Source: an uncultured Gemmatimonadales bacterium (GTDB lineage Bacteria > Gemmatimonadota > Gemmatimonadetes > Longimicrobiales > RSA9). From it: 64,000 nt of DNA. Below are positions 13,347 to 22,154 of the stretch, in pieces. The number at the start of each line of letters is the position of its first letter. The stretch's first letter is position 1. The stretch spans positions 42,456 to 106,455 of the forward strand of contig CAWFKH010000003.1 in assembly GCA_963816355.1 (NCBI GenBank). The letters are read 5' to 3'. The position numbers and the translations under genes were made by a program. The notes beneath the pieces are model-generated. The model had not been told where the DNA came from. It saw nothing but the letters and a program-made list of their open reading frames with translations, and made no database searches.

Positions 13347-13672
13347 TCACCAACGCCCTCCGTTTCGTGCTGCTCTCCTTCGCCCTCGTGGCGTACGCCG
13401 GCGCGGGCGCGTCGGCGGCGGTGATCCGGCAGCGCTGGCTGGCCGATGGTGAGACCGACTGGGGGCTGGCGGGGGTCGCCTCGCTGCTGTTCACCTTCGC
13501 CGCGCTTTGCACCGCGCTCGGCGCAGGCTGGAGCGGCGTGCTCGCGTTCGGCGGCGTCGCTCTGTTCACCGCCTATGTCTCGATGGCGCGGCACATCGGC
13601 CTCTTCGAGGTGGAAGCGGGCTCCGCGGATGCGCTGGCGCAGCCCGCCGAAGAGCCCCGCCAGCCGAAGTAG
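13343..13672 (+). CDS. Small membrane protein (about 3 TM)
   Basis: ATGA overlap with the upstream gene; GGAGG SD; hydrophobic segments. Confidence 0.65.
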   Translation: MITNALRFVLLSFALVAYAGAGASAAVIRQRWLADGETDWGLAGVASLLFTFAALCTALGAGWSGVLAFGGVALFTAYVSMARHIGLFEVEAGSADALAQPAEEPRQPK

Positions 13673-13835
13673 CCCGCCCTCTCCTCTCGCCGGGACCCGC
13701 CCGGCGCCGGCCCGCGCGCCCCCGTCGCAGGTATGCTTCCGCCCGCCGCGACGGTGGCGTCCGCCCGCGGCCTCCGGTAATTTCCACTTCCCGCGTGCGG
13801 GAGACGATCACGTGACAGAGGCGGTGGGCCGCGGC

Positions 13836-15158
13836 ATGGCGAACGCGACGGACCTGATGGAGAAGCTGGTGTCCCTGTGCAAGCGCCGGGGATACGTGTA
13901 CCAGTCTTCGGAGATCTACGGCGGCACCGGGTCGGTGTGGGATTACGGTCCGCTCGGGGTCGAGTTGAAGCGCAACATCCAGGAAGCGTGGTGGCGTGCG
14001 ATGGTGCACGAGCGGGACGACGTCGAGGGTCTGGACGCGGCGATCCTGATGCATCCGCGGGTGTGGGAGGCGAGCGGCCACGTCGCCGGGTTCACCGATC
14101 CGTTGGTCGAGTGCGGCAACTGCCACCGCCGCTTCCGCGCGGACCGGCCGGAGCTGGCGGATGGCCAGTGCCCGGTGTGCGGGGCGCGCGATTCGCTCAC
14201 CGAGCCGCGTCTCTTCAACCTGATGTTCAGGACGTTCATGGGTGCGGTCGAGGACGACGCGGCGGTCGTCTACCTGCGTCCCGAGACGGCGCAGGGCAGC
14301 TACGTCAACTTCCAGAACGTGCTGACCAGCAGCCGCCAGCGCATCCCGTTCGGCATCGCGCAGGTGGGCAAGGCGTTCCGCAACGAGATCACGCCAGGCA
14401 ACTTCGTGTTCCGCACGCGCGAGTTCGAGCAGATGGAGATGCAGTTCTTCGTCGAGCCGGGCAGCGACGACGAGTGGTTCGAGTACTGGAAAGCCGCGCG
14501 CATGGAGTGGCACACGCGGCTCGGCATCGATGCGGCGAAGCTGCGCTTCCACGAGCACGGGCCGGACGAGCTCGCGCACTACGCGAAGCGCGCCTTCGAC
14601 ATCCAGTACGCGTTCCCGTTCGGCTGGCAGGAGTTCGAGGGGATCCACAACCGTACGGACTTCGACCTGCGGCGCCACCAGGAGTACTCCGGCAAGAAGC
14701 TGGAGTACGTCGACCCGGTCGAGCGCGACAAGCGCTACATCCCCTACGTCATCGAGACCGCCGTGGGCCTCGGTCGCGCTTTCCTCGTCGTGCTCGCCGA
14801 CGCGTACCGTGAGGAGGAGATCGAGGGCGACACGCGCGTGGTGCTTCGGCTCCACCCACGGCTCGCGCCCACGAAGGTGGCGGTCTTCCCGCTCGTGAAG
14901 AAGGACGGCATGCCGGAGGTGGCGCGTCGCATCCACGACGGCTTCCGCGCTGCCGCGATCCCCTCCTTCTACGACGACGGCGGCTCCATCGGCAAGCGCT
15001 ACCGCCGTCAGGACGAGGCGGGCACGCCGTTCTGCATCACGGTCGACGGCGATACCGCGGGTGAGGAGACGGTCACCGTTCGGGATCGCGACACGCTGGC
15101 GCAGGAGCGCATCGCCATCGGGCGGCTCGTCGAGTACCTGAGGGCGAAGATCGAGTAG
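13836..15158 (+). CDS. glyQS: Glycine--tRNA ligase, homodimeric (alpha2) type
   Basis: YLRPETAQG, GKAFRNEITPGNF, REFEQME, GSIGKRYRRQDEAGTP; alternative start GTG 13812. Confidence 0.96.
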   Translation: MANATDLMEKLVSLCKRRGYVYQSSEIYGGTGSVWDYGPLGVELKRNIQEAWWRAMVHERDDVEGLDAAILMHPRVWEASGHVAGFTDPLVECGNCHRRFRADRPELADGQCPVCGARDSLTEPRLFNLMFRTFMGAVEDDAAVVYLRPETAQGSYVNFQNVLTSSRQRIPFGIAQVGKAFRNEITPGNFVFRTREFEQMEMQFFVEPGSDDEWFEYWKAARMEWHTRLGIDAAKLRFHEHGPDELAHYAKRAFDIQYAFPFGWQEFEGIHNRTDFDLRRHQEYSGKKLEYVDPVERDKRYIPYVIETAVGLGRAFLVVLADAYREEEIEGDTRVVLRLHPRLAPTKVAVFPLVKKDGMPEVARRIHDGFRAAAIPSFYDDGGSIGKRYRRQDEAGTPFCITVDGDTAGEETVTVRDRDTLAQERIAIGRLVEYLRAKIE

Positions 15159-15199
15159 CAGGTCGCCGACCTGACACGCAACGACCCACCCGGAAAGCC

Positions 15200-16687
15200 A
15201 TGACTGCACGCGAGGACGCCGGCGCCGCGAGCGAGACGTTCACCAGCCGCTGGGGCATGATGGCGGCGATGCTCGGCATGGCGGTCGGCACCGGCAACAT
15301 CTGGCGCTTCCCGCGCATCGCGGCCTCCAACGGGGGCGGCTCCTTCCTCGTCGCGTGGGTGATCTTCCTCCTCGCCTGGTCGGTGCCGCTGATCATCGTC
15401 GAGTTCGCGATGGGGAAGGAGACCCGCTACGGCGCGGTCGGCGCGTTCAGCCGCCTCGTCGGCCCCCGCTTCGCGTGGATGGGCGCCTGGGTCGCCTTCA
15501 CTGCCAGCGCGATCATGTTCTACTACACGGTCGTAATGGGCTGGACGCTGCGCTACCTGTGGGCCGCGCTGACCGGCGAGCTGCCGGGCGCCGAGCCCGG
15601 CGCGGTGTGGCAGGCGTTCGCCTACACGCCGCACGTCCTCATCTACCACGCGATCGCGATGGCGCTCGCCGTGTGGGTCGTCGCTCGGGGCGTGAAGGGG
15701 ATCGAGAGCGCGGCCCGCATCCTGATCCCGAGCCTCTTCGTGCTCGTCGTCATCCTCGCCATCCGCGCGGTGACGCTGCCCGGCGCGGCGCGCGGGCTGA
15801 ACTTCCTCTTCACGCCGTCGTGGAGCGCGCTGAAGGACTATCACATCTGGCTGCAGGCGCTGACGCAGAACGCGTGGGACACCGGCGCCGGCTGGGGTCT
15901 GATCCTCACGTACGCGCTCTACATGCGGAAGCGGGAGGACACGGCGCTGAACTCCTTCATGCTCGGCTTCGGCAACAACACCGTATCGCTGCTCGCCGGC
16001 ATCATGGTGCTGTGCACCGTGTTCTCGATCATGCCGGACGCACGCGACCAGATCGTGGGCGCGAGCAACGAGGGCCTCACCTTCATCTGGGTGCCGCAGC
16101 TCTTCGCCCGCATGCCCGCCGGCCGCTTCTTCATGATCCTCTTCTTCCTCGCGCTCGTCTTCGCCGCCTGGACCAGCCTCATCTCCATGATCGAGCTGGC
16201 GACGCGCGTGCTGCAGGACGGCGGCATGGCGCGGCGCCGCGCGATCTGGCTCGTCGGCGGCTTCGGCTTCCTGCTCGGCGTCCCCTCCGCGCTCTCCCAG
16301 AACGTCTTCGCCGACCAGGACTTCGTGTGGGGCGTCGGCCTCATGGTGTCCGGCCTCTTCTTCGCCTTCGCCGTGCTGCGCTACGGCGTGCGCCGATTCC
16401 GCGAGCAGCTCGTCAACACCGCCGATTCCGACATCCGCATCGGCGTGTGGTGGGAATGGGCCATCCGGCTCGTCGTCGTCGAGGCGATCGTGCTGATCGT
16501 CTGGTGGATCGCCCAGATGCGGAAGGAGCCGCTCTTCGGCACATACGGTATCGGCACCACCCTCGCCCAGTTCGCCGTCGCCCTCGCCTTCTTCCTCCTC
16601 GCCAACGGTTGGATGGTCCGACGCACGCATCCGGAGCACGAGCGTGAGACCGCGCCGGCGGGGCACATGCCGCCATCGATCCCGTAG
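15200..16687 (+). CDS. Sodium-dependent transporter, NSS/SNF family
   Basis: AVGTGNIWRFP..NGGGSFL; multiple TM helices. Confidence 0.93.
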   Translation: MTAREDAGAASETFTSRWGMMAAMLGMAVGTGNIWRFPRIAASNGGGSFLVAWVIFLLAWSVPLIIVEFAMGKETRYGAVGAFSRLVGPRFAWMGAWVAFTASAIMFYYTVVMGWTLRYLWAALTGELPGAEPGAVWQAFAYTPHVLIYHAIAMALAVWVVARGVKGIESAARILIPSLFVLVVILAIRAVTLPGAARGLNFLFTPSWSALKDYHIWLQALTQNAWDTGAGWGLILTYALYMRKREDTALNSFMLGFGNNTVSLLAGIMVLCTVFSIMPDARDQIVGASNEGLTFIWVPQLFARMPAGRFFMILFFLALVFAAWTSLISMIELATRVLQDGGMARRRAIWLVGGFGFLLGVPSALSQNVFADQDFVWGVGLMVSGLFFAFAVLRYGVRRFREQLVNTADSDIRIGVWWEWAIRLVVVEAIVLIVWWIAQMRKEPLFGTYGIGTTLAQFAVALAFFLLANGWMVRRTHPEHERETAPAGHMPPSIP

Positions 16688-16709
16688 CGACTCCTACCGG
16701 CGCGCGGTG

Positions 16710-17936
16710 ATGGCGACCCACCGGCGAGCGGCGGCGGCGATCGACCCTCTCCGCGCGGCGCTCGCTCTCGCCCTTGCGGCCGCGCTCGGCGCCTGCGCCG
16801 GCGCGCCCGCCCGCGCCCCGGCGGGCACCGACGGCGTCGCCGGCGTCGCGCCCGGCGCCGCCGCGCCCAGCGCCGCCGCGGCGGGCGAGCCGCCCGCCTA
16901 CCGCGCGCTCGTCGTCAACCAGGCGTCCGACGTGGTGACGCGGATCGGCTTCACTCCAGGCGGGGGTGCGAGCGCGCTCGGGGATCTGCCGATCGGCGAG
17001 CGTCGGGACGAGATCGAGGCGGCGCACGGTCTGCGCACCGCGCCGGACGGCCGCTACTGGTACGTCGCCATCTCCCACGGCAAGCCGAACGGCCGCGTCT
17101 GGAAGATGGATGCGCGTTCGGACACGCTGCTCGGCGCCGCGCAGGTCGGCGTCTTCCCCGGCGCGATGGCGGTAAGCCGCGACGGCCGCTTCCTCTTCGT
17201 CACGAACATGAACATCGACGGGCCGCCGCGGCCGGCGCCGGTGTCCGTCGTGTTCACTTCCAGCATGACCGAGGTGGCGCGGGTGGCCGCGTGCGTGCTC
17301 CCGGCCGGGAACCGGCTGAACGAGTCCGGCACACGGGACTACACGGTTTGCGCCGGCTCCGACCAGCTCGTCGAGATCGACGCCCGCCGCCGCCGTGTGA
17401 GCGCGCGCTTCTCGCTGGAGCCGGGCGCCGAGCGGCGCCTTGCGGACACGCTGGTCGACGCGCCCGCGCGGAGCATCGACCTGCGCGAGGCCGCGTGCTC
17501 GCCCGGCTGGGTCACGCCGGGTCGGGGCGCGCGCGCGAACCGCGTCGTATACGTCGCGTGCGGCGGCGCCGGCACGCTCGACGAGGTCGACGTGCGGCAA
17601 TGGCGCCTCGTCCGGCGCATCGCGCTCGACGCTTCTCCGGCCGGCATGGCCGCGACGCCGGACGGCAAGCTGCTGCTCGTGGCGCTGCGCGATGCGGCGG
17701 CGGTGGCGGTCGTGGACCTGGACGCGGGCCGGGTGCGCGCCCGGATCCCGACCTCCGCGCCGGTGCCCCACGGGATCGTCGTCACGCGCGACGGCCGCTT
17801 CGCCTTCGTCAGCGACGAGGGGCAGGGCAGCGGCCGCGGCGCCGTGGACGTCCTCGACCTGTCCACGCTGCGGCGCGTCGCCTCCGTCGAGGTCCGCTTC
17901 CAGCCGGGGCCGATCGACGTATGGGGCGCTCGCTGA
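16710..17936 (+). CDS. YVTN/YncE-type beta-propeller lipoprotein
   Basis: Lipobox LGAC; repeated PxGxAxxxDG..FV blades. Confidence 0.75.
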   Translation: MATHRRAAAAIDPLRAALALALAAALGACAGAPARAPAGTDGVAGVAPGAAAPSAAAAGEPPAYRALVVNQASDVVTRIGFTPGGGASALGDLPIGERRDEIEAAHGLRTAPDGRYWYVAISHGKPNGRVWKMDARSDTLLGAAQVGVFPGAMAVSRDGRFLFVTNMNIDGPPRPAPVSVVFTSSMTEVARVAACVLPAGNRLNESGTRDYTVCAGSDQLVEIDARRRRVSARFSLEPGAERRLADTLVDAPARSIDLREAACSPGWVTPGRGARANRVVYVACGGAGTLDEVDVRQWRLVRRIALDASPAGMAATPDGKLLLVALRDAAAVAVVDLDAGRVRARIPTSAPVPHGIVVTRDGRFAFVSDEGQGSGRGAVDVLDLSTLRRVASVEVRFQPGPIDVWGAR

Positions 17937-17958
17937 GCCGGCGCGTGCTGCGCCGCCG

Positions 17959-18705
17959 GTGAAGTACGCGGCGTTCGAGCGCCTGTCGCGCCGGCTGTGG
18001 CGCGAGATCCCGGCCGCGTACCGCGAAGGTGTCGACGGCGTCGTCGTCCGCGATGCGGCGCTTCCCCACCCGGATCGCGCCGACGTCTACACGCTCGGCG
18101 AGTGCCTGACCGAGTCGTATCCCTCCGACTACGAGGGGCCGGAGACGGTGCGCTCGACCCTCGTCCTCTACTACGGCTCCTTCGCGCGGCTGGCGCGGCT
18201 CGATCCGGATTTCGACTGGGAGGAGGAGCTGTGGGAGACGCTCACCCACGAGCTGCACCACCACCTCGAGTCGCTCGCGGACGAGGCGGCGCTCGAGGCC
18301 GCCGACTACGCCGCCGAAGAGCAGTTCAAGCGCCTCGAGGGCAAGCCGTTCGATCCCTTCTACTACCGCTCCGGCCTCCTCGCCGCGCCCGGCGTCCGCC
18401 GCGTCGACCACGACTTCTTCCGCGAGATCGTCTACCGCGCGGGCGAGCTGCGGCCGGGCGGCTCGCTGCGTTTCGACTGGCGCGGCGAGCGCTGGGCGGT
18501 GCCGCTCCCGGATCCGCTCGGCGACGTCGCCTATCTGCGCGTCCTGCGCGGTCCCGAGACCGGCCCGGGCGAGCTGTGCGTCGTACTCGCGCGGCGGCGC
18601 GGCGCATGGGAGACGGTGCGCTCCCTCTTCCGCCGCCGTCCCGTTGTCGTGGTGCAGGCCGACGTCGATGCGCGGGCGGTGGACGCGGCACCGGACGCGG
18701 GATAG
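17959..18705 (+). CDS. Zincin-like metallopeptidase family protein
   Basis: YTLGEC..LYYGSF..ETLTHELHHHLE (HExxH). Confidence 0.7.
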   Translation: MKYAAFERLSRRLWREIPAAYREGVDGVVVRDAALPHPDRADVYTLGECLTESYPSDYEGPETVRSTLVLYYGSFARLARLDPDFDWEEELWETLTHELHHHLESLADEAALEAADYAAEEQFKRLEGKPFDPFYYRSGLLAAPGVRRVDHDFFREIVYRAGELRPGGSLRFDWRGERWAVPLPDPLGDVAYLRVLRGPETGPGELCVVLARRRGAWETVRSLFRRRPVVVVQADVDARAVDAAPDAG

Positions 18706-18713
18706 CTTCACGC

Positions 18714-19574
18714 ATGCCGCAGAACGAGGGTGCACCGGCTTCCTCCGAAGGTCCCCGTCCGACCCCCTACGAGCTCGCCTTGGCCGCCGCGGGCGTCGAG
18801 GACGATGTCTTCCCCGCGATCGTCGAGGAGGCGGGCACCCGCGACGTCGACGCGCGCGATCCGGAGCGCTTCATCCTGCTCGGCTCCGTCGGCGCGGTGC
18901 TGCGCGAGCTGCTGGCGCCCGCGCCCGATGCCGCCGCCCCCACGCCGGCGGGCGAGCTGCTCGGAGAAGCCGCGCGCCTGCTCTACCACGGCTACCATTT
19001 CTGGCGCGCCGGCCGCCCGTTCTTCGTGGTCGACGCGGACGTCGTGCGGTCGGCCGTGGCGCAGCCGCCCTCGATCGGGGCGTGGCACCTGGACCTGCCC
19101 GCCGACGCGGGCTACCTCCAGCTCCCGCGCCACCTCATCTGGGCGCGCGCCGTCGAGGGCGCCGCGCCGGAGGCGGTGGACGGCTTCTTCTGGACCGTGC
19201 GCGAGCGCGACGACGGCGATGTCCGCGCCCTCGACGTGCTCCTCGTGCTGGGCATGCGGCCCGGCCGTCCCGGCTTCAGCGTGGTCGACGTCGCGGGCCG
19301 CCTGCCGCCCGGCGGCGCCGCCGGCTGGGCCGCGTCGCGCGCCCGCGCCGAGGGCGGCGATTTCGCCAACATCCTGCCGGGCGGAGAGATCGACGGGCTG
19401 CTCGCGCTCACCACCTCCGAGGAGGTGCTCAAGCTCGCCGAGATCCTCTTCTGGATCGCCGCGCACCAGCCGTCCGCCACGGCTCCGGCGGTGGAGCCGG
19501 CCGCGGCCGCCGCTCCGGACAATCCTTCCACGCTCCCGGCTCGGCGGATCCATCCGCCGGACGCCGGTGGATAG
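18714..19574 (+). CDS. Hypothetical protein upstream of polX
   Basis: Globular-looking ORF with GC3-biased codons filling the gap; overlaps polX start; TAGCTT 5 nt before ATG. Confidence 0.7.
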   Translation: MPQNEGAPASSEGPRPTPYELALAAAGVEDDVFPAIVEEAGTRDVDARDPERFILLGSVGAVLRELLAPAPDAAAPTPAGELLGEAARLLYHGYHFWRAGRPFFVVDADVVRSAVAQPPSIGAWHLDLPADAGYLQLPRHLIWARAVEGAAPEAVDGFFWTVRERDDGDVRALDVLLVLGMRPGRPGFSVVDVAGRLPPGGAAGWAASRARAEGGDFANILPGGEIDGLLALTTSEEVLKLAEILFWIAAHQPSATAPAVEPAAAAAPDNPSTLPARRIHPPDAGG

Positions 19575-21334
19575 GCACGCGGTCGCGCTCGTGCTCGACG
19601 AGATCGCGACGCTGATGGAGCTGCTCGGCGAGAACCGCTACAAGGCCCGCGCGTTCGCCGCCGCGGCGCGCACCGTCGACGCGCTCGAAACGGACTTCGA
19701 CGATCTCGTCCGCGCCGGCGCGCTCGTGGACGTCCCGGGGCTCGGCCCCGCGACCGCGCGCGCCGCCCGCGAAGTCGTCGAAACCGGCGATTCGACGCTC
19801 CACCGCGAGCTCCGGCGCCGCACGCCGGACGCGCTCCTCGACCTGCTCGCGGTGCCGGGCCTCGGCGCCGCGCGCATCCACCGGCTGCACGCCGAGCTCG
19901 GCGTCGAGAACCTCGCCGACCTCGAGGCCGCCGCACGCGACGGCCGCATCGCGGACCTCGCCGGATTCGGTCCCAGAACGCAGGCGACGATCCTCGCCGG
20001 GATCGGCTTCGTCCACTCCAGCGCCGGACGCCGCCGCCAGCCCGCGGCCTTCGCGGCCGCAGCGCGCCTCGTCGGCTATCTCGAGGGGACCGGCGTGGCC
20101 GCGCGGGTGAGGCTCGCCGGCGAGGCGCGGCGCCGCTGCGAGACCGTCGACGGCATCGACGTCGTCGTGGAATGCGACGACGCGGCCGCGGCGATCGACG
20201 CCTTCCTCCGCCTCCCCGGCCTGGCTCCGGTACGGACGCCCGTCGGCTCCGGCGAGGACGCGGCGGCGCCGGCGGCCGAGCCATCCCCGGCCGCGGCCGG
20301 GCGCCTCGCCGACGGCCTGACGCTCCGCGTCCGCTGCGCTCCGCCGGACGCGTTCGGCGCGGCGTGGCTCGCTGCGACCGGCTCCCCCCGTCACACCGGC
20401 GCGCTGCGGCGGCGCGCGGCGGAGCGCGGGCTCGACCTCCGCCCCGATGGGCTGTGGCGCGGCGAGCAGCGGGTGGCGGGTGCGGAAGAGGTGGAGATCT
20501 ACGGCGCGCTCGGCCTCGATCTCGTGCCGCCGGAGCTGCGCGAGGACGGCCGCGAAATCGACGTCGCGGCGCACCGCGCGCTGCCGCGCCTGATCGAGGA
20601 CGCCGACCTCCGCGGCTGCTTCCACTGCCACACCACATTCAGCGACGGCCGCGCGACGCCGGAGCAGATGGCGGAGGCGGCGTTCGCACGCGGCTGGCGC
20701 TACCTCGGGATCGCCGACCACTCCCGCGCCGCCGCCTACGCGGGTGGACTCGAGCCGGAGGACGTGCTGCGCCAGCACGCCGCGATCGACGCGTGGAACG
20801 AGCGGCGCGGCGACGACTTGTGGCTCTTCAAGGGCGTCGAGGCCGACATCCTCGCCGATGGCTGCCTCGACTACGCCGACGTCCCCGGCCTCCTCGACCG
20901 TTTCGACTACGTCGTCGCTTCCGTCCACTCCGGCTTCCGCGCCGACCGGTGCGGCGATGACGCGCCGCCTCCTCAACGCGCTCGACGACCCCCACGTCAC
21001 CTTCCTCGGCCATCCCACCGGCCGGCTCCTCCTGCGCCGCGAGGGGTACCCGCTCGACCTGGAAGCCGTCCTCGATCGCGCCGCCGAGCGCGGCGTCGCG
21101 ATCGAGATCAACGCCAGTCCGAATCGTCTCGACCTCGACTGGCGTCACTGGCCTGCCGCGACGGCGCGCGGCATCCCCGCCGCCATCAACCCCGACGCCC
21201 ACTCCGTGGCCGGCCTCGACGACGTGGCCTACGGCGTCGGCGTCGCCCGCAAGGGATGGCTGCGCGCCGCCGACGTCGTCAACTGCTGGGCGCTCGGGGA
21301 CGTGAGCGCCTTCTTCCGCGAAAGAGGGAGCTGA
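19567..21334 (+). pseudogene. polX: DNA polymerase X/PHP protein, non-canonical polymerase site, with a +1 frameshift near 20950 (real lesion or sequencing error)
   Basis: GENRYKARAF, HhH motifs, PPELRE, PHP motifs HCHT..SDG, DHS, GVE, SVH in one frame; GHPTGR, EIN, NPDAH continue in another frame; deleting T20950 restores FRADRAAMTRRL. Confidence 0.85.
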
Positions 21335-21340
21335 ACGGGA

Positions 21341-22099
21341 ATGGCGAAGGCCCGAGGCACGGCGAAGAAGATGGACGCGAAGCGGGCCGCGGGCGGTGCG
21401 AAGCGGTCCGCAGGCGGTGCGAAGCGGGCCGCAGGCGAGCCGCCGCGCCGCCGGCGCGAGTCGAAGCAAGCGAAGCGCGAGCGCACGCTGGAGATCCTGC
21501 GGCGGCTCCACGCGGAGTACCCGGATGCGACGTGTTCGCTCGAGCACCGGGACCCGTATCAGCTGCTCGTCGCGACGATCCTTTCGGCGCAGTGCACGGA
21601 CGAGCGCGTGAACCGGGTCACGCCGGCGCTCTTCGAGCGCTACCCGGACGTGGAGGACCTCGCCGGGGCGCGCGCGGAGGACGTCGAGGCGCTGATCCGG
21701 TCGACCGGCTTCTTCCGCAACAAGACGAAGAGCCTGCTCGGCATGGCGAACGCGGTGGTGGACCGGCACGAGGGAGAGATCCCCGCCGCCATGGACGCGC
21801 TCACGAAGCTGCCGGGAGTGGGCCGCAAGACCGCGAACGTGGTCCTGGGCAACGCGTTCGACACGAACGTGGGCGTGGTCGTGGACACGCACGTGAAGCG
21901 GCTCTCGAAGCGGCTGGGGCTGAGCGGCCAGACGGACGCGGTGAAGATCGAGAAGGAGCTCATGGAAGTCGTGCCCCGCGACGAATGGACGGACGTGTCG
22001 CATCTCTTCATCTTCCACGGGCGGGCGGTGTGCCGGGCGCCGACCCCGAGATGTGGGGAGTGCGTGCTGAGTGACATCTGCCCGTCGAGCCGGGTGTGA
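21341..22099 (+). CDS. nth: Endonuclease III with basic repeat N-terminal tail
   Basis: LSAQCTD, LPGVGRKTANVV, VDTHV, C-x6-C-x2-C-x5-C [4Fe-4S] motif. Confidence 0.95.
   Translation: MAKARGTAKKMDAKRAAGGAKRSAGGAKRAAGEPPRRRRESKQAKRERTLEILRRLHAEYPDATCSLEHRDPYQLLVATILSAQCTDERVNRVTPALFERYPDVEDLAGARAEDVEALIRSTGFFRNKTKSLLGMANAVVDRHEGEIPAAMDALTKLPGVGRKTANVVLGNAFDTNVGVVVDTHVKRLSKRLGLSGQTDAVKIEKELMEVVPRDEWTDVSHLFIFHGRAVCRAPTPRCGECVLSDICPSSRV
21377..21439 (+). repeat. 3x 21-nt coding tandem repeat (AKRxAG[G/E])
   Basis: gcgaagcgggccgcgggcggt / gcgaagcggtccgcaggcggt / gcgaagcgggccgcaggcgag. Confidence 0.85.
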
Positions 22100-22154
22100 G
22101 GGCCGGGTGCGGGATGCGGGCCTGCGGCCTGTGCGTGGCGCGGGTGGATCGGGC

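Noticed and set aside
20941-20960. Programmed ribosomal frameshift in polX (and at 62586)
   Set aside because: No slippery heptamer or homopolymer; a single-base insertion explains each
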